A stretch of 58,876 nucleotides of DNA from a virus (taxonomy: Duplodnaviria; Caudoviricetes), in IMG/VR virus record IMGVR_UViG_3300016467_000949, positions 1-58,876 of that record; one strand, 5' to 3'. Position numbers and translations under genes: made by a program. The notes beneath the pieces are model-generated. The model did not search any database. It was not told the DNA's origin and worked only from the letters and a program-made list of their open reading frames with translations. Each line of letters starts with the position of its first letter. The first letter of the stretch is position 1. Shown here one piece after another: positions 54,560 to 58,876 of the stretch.

Positions 54560-55213
54560 GTGTCCATGAAGGACTTCTTTCACAGGGCGGTCAAGATCAC
54601 GGACAAGGAGGACAACATCTTCTTCTGGTCTGACATGCACCTCGGGCAGGAATGCAGGAGTTGGGATGAGCCGCTCTATGTCAAGCGTGGCTTCAAATCG
54701 CTCGAGGAACACGATTCGGCTCTCGTAAAGAGATGGAACGAAAGAATCTCCCACGAGGGGGTCGTGTTCAACCTCGGCGACATGCTGTTCGGTTACGACG
54801 GCGAACGCAGGCTGATCAACTACTTTGAGATGCTCAACTTCAGGACGATGTACCTCCTCTTCGGAAACCACACCGCAGGGACGAAGCAGGTCTTCGAGAA
54901 ACTAGAAGGCAATGTCTACGAGGTGAATTCGGAGAAGAGGGTCGTGTTCTGCCCGAACTACATGGAAGCGCACATCAACGGTTACATGTGCGTGCTTAGT
55001 CACTATGCCATCGCGTCGTTCAACGGGCAGGGCAAGGGAGCCTATATGATCCATGGTCATTCCCACGGTAATCTTTACGGCTCTGACATGGGGGGTGTCC
55101 TCTACAAGGCCAGGGTCGTGGACGTGGGGGTTGAAAGATTTCCAATCCCTCCGTCGTTCGGCGACATCAGAAAACTCTTCAGGGAGGAGCCGGTCAGCTT
55201 TGACCACCATTGA
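54560..55213 (+). CDS. calcineurin-like metallophosphoesterase
   Basis: SDMHLG, NLGD, GNH, H, HGHSH, DVGV. Confidence 0.85.
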   Translation: MSMKDFFHRAVKITDKEDNIFFWSDMHLGQECRSWDEPLYVKRGFKSLEEHDSALVKRWNERISHEGVVFNLGDMLFGYDGERRLINYFEMLNFRTMYLLFGNHTAGTKQVFEKLEGNVYEVNSEKRVVFCPNYMEAHINGYMCVLSHYAIASFNGQGKGAYMIHGHSHGNLYGSDMGGVLYKARVVDVGVERFPIPPSFGDIRKLFREEPVSFDHH

Positions 55214-55214
55214 A

Positions 55215-55580
55215 ATGGATGACAAGGAAAAAAGACTGAAGGCCCTCGAGGAACTTTCCCGTCTAGACGAGGAATTGGGGCTGGACAAAGGGTGGCCCGA
55301 GAACCGCGAGATAGAAGGACTCAGGCTCGTCTGCACGAGTCCGGCCTGCCCAGAGCAGTACGAAGTCCTGGATGCAGAAGGAAAGCAAGTGGGCTACCTC
55401 CGCCTCCGCCACGGAAGATTCCGAGCCGATTACCCCGACTGCGGTGGCGAGACTGTCTATGTGTCCAACACAAAGGGTGACGGCGTGTTCAGCGAGGAAG
55501 AGAGGGTTCCTGAGCTCACAAACGCCGTAAGGAAACTTCTTGAAAGGCGAGACAAGTGCACTGGCCCCGCAACAGACTGA
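55215..55580 (+). CDS. hypothetical protein
   Basis: LVCTSPACPEQY..GYLRLRHG. Confidence 0.7.
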   Translation: MDDKEKRLKALEELSRLDEELGLDKGWPENREIEGLRLVCTSPACPEQYEVLDAEGKQVGYLRLRHGRFRADYPDCGGETVYVSNTKGDGVFSEEERVPELTNAVRKLLERRDKCTGPATD

Positions 55581-55921
55581 AGAAGGTTCCGCTTCCCTTC
55601 GGCAGGATGCGCCTTGGCGGCGTGGAAGACAAGCTTGACTCCATAGTTTTCGCCGCGTTCGTACGATTGTTCGGACCCAATGACAATTGGCCGATCAACA
55701 CCCGCCAGAGGAAGGAGTGGGGGCGGTTCCTCTCTGATAGGGGCATAGTCTGGGAAGTCCGTCTCAGGAACAAGCCCAATTGGGAGGGGTGGGAACTTGT
55801 GGAAGGGAAGGGCGGCGTAGTTGTGCGTCCCCAAGGGCTTGAAGAACACATAAAAATAAACCACTATTTCGTACCCAAAGACCTCGCCATGAGGATGCTC
55901 GCCCTGGGGGAACTTCTCTGA
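55556..55921 (+). CDS. LGxLP family member 17
   Basis: ends VPKDLAMRMLALGELL; start uncertain. Confidence 0.72.
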   Translation: MHWPRNRLKKVPLPFGRMRLGGVEDKLDSIVFAAFVRLFGPNDNWPINTRQRKEWGRFLSDRGIVWEVRLRNKPNWEGWELVEGKGGVVVRPQGLEEHIKINHYFVPKDLAMRMLALGELL

Positions 55922-56271
55922 TGGAAAAGGAACGCGTAGAAAAACTTTCCCGAATCTTCAAGGCCGAGTACGAAAAGATCAATCTTGGCTTCTACGAAGC
56001 AGAGGCCTGGAAGAAGTATCTGCACGGATACAGCGAGATACATTTCTTGAGCGGAATTTCTGACATGGTTGAGTTCATCAACTGTGGCGAAATCATTGAA
56101 AAAAATCCCGTCGCCGTCCGAAACCCAGCCTCGCTCATGGAGATTCTTGTTCTCCCGAGGGAATTTGCCGACAAGGTTCTTGCCCTCGGATTGCCCCGCG
56201 ACGTTTCATCCACGGTAGAGGAATTCAAGAGCAGGCCTGTTCCTAGGCTTGGCAGAAAGTCCAAAAAATGA
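55921..56271 (+). CDS. LGxLP family member 18 (C-terminally extended)
   Basis: LPREFADKVLALGLP followed by basic tail. Confidence 0.72.
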   Translation: MEKERVEKLSRIFKAEYEKINLGFYEAEAWKKYLHGYSEIHFLSGISDMVEFINCGEIIEKNPVAVRNPASLMEILVLPREFADKVLALGLPRDVSSTVEEFKSRPVPRLGRKSKK

Positions 56272-56603
56272 TCTGGAACAAAAGTTCCTTGGAAAAACTG
56301 AATGAACTGGTCAAGGCAAAGTTCGGTGACATCAGGGGTGTGATCCAACTCCTGCCGGGCGACATCGAAGAGCAGTCCATGATCATAGAGAAGGCTTGGC
56401 ACGAATACTGCATGAGAGTCGGAGTAAAAATGAATATCATTCCGGCTTACAAAACGGAGACCCGAGAAGACCTTCCCGCTCCCGGGGAGGCCATGTTCCT
56501 TTCGGACGGCACGGTGAGGATCAGGAACATCTGGGGGGACAAGTATATCGACATGTCCGAGGATTTTGCAGTCAAGGCTTTAGTGCTTGGTTTTCTTCCT
56601 TGA
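56268..56603 (+). CDS. LGxLP family member 19
   Basis: ends MSEDFAVKALVLGFLP. Confidence 0.75.
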   Translation: MIWNKSSLEKLNELVKAKFGDIRGVIQLLPGDIEEQSMIIEKAWHEYCMRVGVKMNIIPAYKTETREDLPAPGEAMFLSDGTVRIRNIWGDKYIDMSEDFAVKALVLGFLP

Positions 56604-56620
56604 CTAGCTACTTTAGGCCG

Positions 56621-57361
56621 ATGAAATACATTTCATTCGCGGCTCTGATTTTGTCTTCTGCGGCTCCCATTTGGGCGGCCGAAACGCTAGTCAGATACAA
56701 GGAGGTGACCAAGGTCTCGGACAAGGAATCCGACTATGTCAACACCTATGTTCCCGCGTACAAGTGCGATGGGCCCGAAATCCCGACCGAAGGGCTTCAG
56801 TGTCCGATTCCCCACGAGGACAGGGTCAAGAACTACACGGGCATCCAATGCGTCTATTCATCGATAGAGGCACTCGGCAGGTGGGCGGAGGAGCCAAAAC
56901 TTGTAAATCCTCCGCTCACAAGCAGACCGGAGTGCAAGGGCTATTCCGGCCCAAGGCAGGCCGCGGCGGTACTTGATAAGTTGAAGGTCAGATACGAGCA
57001 GACCTACGGCAACAAGGAAAAGGGATTAAAACTCATAAAGAAAGCCATGCGGGAGGGCAGGGGAGTTCTCTGGGACGTTCCAGGACATGCGATGATTCTC
57101 TTGCACTACGATGAGGTTCAAGACAAGGTGTGTTGGGTTGACAACTCCGACAGCACGCTCAAGGTCCAGCAGACAACTGTGGAGAAATTCAACAAGAGAT
57201 GGGGTTCATGGGTTCTTGCCATATGCCCCGACAAGGATTTCGTCCCAGAAAAGGCAAGGGGCTACGGCTTTCCTATCCACACCCATTCGGGGGAAATAAG
57301 GGAATTTCCAAGAGGTTATCTGCCTTTTCCCGATATCATGTGGTCATTGCGTGGCAATTGA
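56621..57361 (+). CDS. secreted papain-fold (C39-like) cysteine peptidase
   Basis: signal peptide MKYISFAALILSSAAPIWA; QCVYSS (Cys), GHAM (His), VDN; F..RW. Confidence 0.65.
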   Translation: MKYISFAALILSSAAPIWAAETLVRYKEVTKVSDKESDYVNTYVPAYKCDGPEIPTEGLQCPIPHEDRVKNYTGIQCVYSSIEALGRWAEEPKLVNPPLTSRPECKGYSGPRQAAAVLDKLKVRYEQTYGNKEKGLKLIKKAMREGRGVLWDVPGHAMILLHYDEVQDKVCWVDNSDSTLKVQQTTVEKFNKRWGSWVLAICPDKDFVPEKARGYGFPIHTHSGEIREFPRGYLPFPDIMWSLRGN

Positions 57362-57430
57362 CATCCACAATCTTTAGATGATTGTGGAAATACTTTTCCT
57401 AGGCTTCTGCTTGGTTTTTGCTTTCGCTCA

Positions 57431-57438
57431 CATAAATA
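57431..57438 (+). promoter_or_regulatory. putative late promoter
   Basis: CATAAATA before ATG 57465. Confidence 0.45.
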
Positions 57439-57464
57439 ATGGCACTAATTACAATGAGGATCAA

Positions 57465-57803
57465 ATGGGAATAAAAATATCCGAACTTCCTTCGGGCGTG
57501 GCCGAGCAGTCAGCAGTGGTTCCTGCTACTAATGCTGATGCCACCGAAACTAGAAAGGTCACCCTTCTTGGAATTGCCTCTCTTGCAACCAAGCAGACCG
57601 TCGGCCTCGCTAATGTGGATAACACGAGCGATGCGAACAAGCCAGTGAGCACCGCCGTCCAATCGGAGTTGAATACAAAGGTCTCAAGTCAGACGACGGG
57701 AATTGCAGGAGCCACTGCGATAACGAACATCGTCTCCATCTCCCAGGCAAACTATGATGCCCTCCCCGTAAAAAATCCGAGCACGCTCTACGTGATTACA
57801 TGA
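57465..57803 (+). CDS. fibre-associated protein, MGIKIS family copy 3
   Basis: GAGGA RBS; VGLANVDNTSDANKP; ends SQANYDAL..KNPSTLYVI. Confidence 0.75.
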   Translation: MGIKISELPSGVAEQSAVVPATNADATETRKVTLLGIASLATKQTVGLANVDNTSDANKPVSTAVQSELNTKVSSQTTGIAGATAITNIVSISQANYDALPVKNPSTLYVIT

Positions 57804-57804
57804 A

Positions 57805-58876
57805 ATGTCATTGCAACTTAATTTAAATACGGTATTTTTGCGTGTCGGATCATCTCAGGTAGTTCGCCTATACCTCGGGACGACGGAGTTGACGCCTAAT
57901 TATTGGCTTCCCTCTTACGACGAGTGGTATAAGGCCGCTTTTTACAAGTCCAACGGACTTAACTCCGGCTATTGGACTTATGCAACCCAGAGCGACACGA
58001 CTCCAACCCCTGTTCAATCTGATTCTGCAGGAAACGGATTGGCTGGAGGCATCGGCAATTATGCCAATTTCGACGCCGGTGCCGATTGGAATGGTATGGA
58101 CGGGAATGTCACGACCGTGGGGACTAACGGAGGGCCGAGCGCGTACGGCACATTTGATCAGAATGGAAATGTCTGGGAATGGAACGATTCGGTTTCGGGT
58201 GATTTACGGGGTGTAGGTGGTGGGGACTGGTTTTGTTCGCAGTTCAGGCTGTCAAACTCGGGAACCGTGACTTTCAATCCGGATGGTACTGTGAGGCAGA
58301 CAATAGCGACCTACCACGGAAGTCCCACGTCGGAAAGTGAAAAAATAGGATTCAGGGTGGCGAGTTTTTCAAACCCCCTGTCCCTTGCGAACTTCGCAAG
58401 CGTATCAGATCCCAACAACTCTGCCGATGTGAATGGAACCGGATCCGTGTCCTATTCTTATAAGATCGGAAAGTACGAGGTTACGAATGATGAATATGTG
58501 GAGTTTTTGAATTCAATTGCTCAAACTGACACTCACGGCGTATACAGCGAATCAATGGGTACGGTCATAATTGGCTCCGGCCCCGATGCGGGTAGCCCGA
58601 GTCCCAGCCAAAGAGGTGGGATCACAAGATCGGGAGTTGCCGGGTCATACTCTTATGCCTCTAAAACCAACATGGGCAACAAACCCGTCAACTATGTGAG
58701 TTGGTTTAGCGCTGCCCGATACTGCAATTGGCTTCACAACGGAAAGCCATCTGGACTTCAGAACAGCTCCACCACCGAGGACGGAGCCTATCCCCTTTTG
58801 GGGGCTACATCGGGGATTATTTTGAAGAGAACCATTACTCCCACGATAACTCCGACTCCCACTCAAACCATTACTC
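57805..58876 (+). CDS. SUMF1/FGE-sulfatase (C-type-lectin fold) protein, partial; absent from supplied track because it runs off the window
   Basis: hand translation shows no stop: YWLPSYDEWYKAAFY, YGTFDQNGNVWEW, IGFRVAS, IGKYEVTN, KPVNYVSWFSAARYCNWLHNG. Confidence 0.85.
   Translation, partial: MSLQLNLNTVFLRVGSSQVVRLYLGTTELTPNYWLPSYDEWYKAAFYKSNGLNSGYWTYATQSDTTPTPVQSDSAGNGLAGGIGNYANFDAGADWNGMDGNVTTVGTNGGPSAYGTFDQNGNVWEWNDSVSGDLRGVGGGDWFCSQFRLSNSGTVTFNPDGTVRQTIATYHGSPTSESEKIGFRVASFSNPLSLANFASVSDPNNSADVNGTGSVSYSYKIGKYEVTNDEYVEFLNSIAQTDTHGVYSESMGTVIIGSGPDAGSPSPSQRGGITRSGVAGSYSYASKTNMGNKPVNYVSWFSAARYCNWLHNGKPSGLQNSSTTEDGAYPLLGATSGIILKRTITPTITPTPTQTIT

Noticed and set aside
40278-56603. Classical integron cassette array
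   Set aside because: No integrase, and genes overlap, leaving no room for attC hairpins
57358-57400. TTGACA promoter and ORF start at 57378
   Set aside because: No properly spaced -10; paralogy and RBS place the start at 57465
57805-58876. Diversity-generating retroelement
   Set aside because: No reverse transcriptase or template repeat within the window
1-58876. Stop-codon reassignment
   Set aside because: Recognisable genes are full length in code 11 and end in TAA, TAG and TGA at expected positions
1-58876. tRNA, rRNA or structured ncRNA genes
   Set aside because: Intergenic gaps are short and I saw no cloverleaf or T-loop signature; a covariance-model scan could still find something
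1-58876. Bacterial chromosome origin, suggested by prkA/spoVR/clpP/hldE
   Set aside because: gp32, UvsX, dNMP kinase, gp4-like nuclease, TAAATA motifs and dense small ORFans point to a large phage

Overview
Gene-dense, mostly + strand fragment of a large T4-like/jumbo dsDNA phage genome read in standard code 11. No tRNA, rRNA or CRISPR array was seen. The left part carries replication, recombination and nucleotide genes (gp32-like SSB, UvsX/RecA, Ski2/Hel308-like helicase, dNMP kinase, ThyX). It also carries glycan enzymes (HldE, three glycosyltransferases, a cupin) and fibre/adhesin genes (LamG repeats, Gly-rich and Ser/Cys-rich proteins). The centre holds a PrkA(YeaG)-YeaH-SpoVR operon, with a 447-aa LAGLIDADG intein in PrkA, followed by ClpP, an RNA ligase and a C5 methyltransferase. 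The right ~18 kb is a tightly coupled run of small ORFs. In it I count 19 highly diverged paralogs of an unrecognised ~90-150 aa family ending in '[ED][LF]Ax[KR]ILxLGxLP'. Their terminal codons often double as the RBS and start overlap of the next gene, and a second 3-copy family is interleaved with them. A DUF1559-style prepilin N-terminus and a circularly permuted SUMF1/FGE domain suggest a Planctomycetota host (inference). All family calls come from motif recognition by eye, not database searches.
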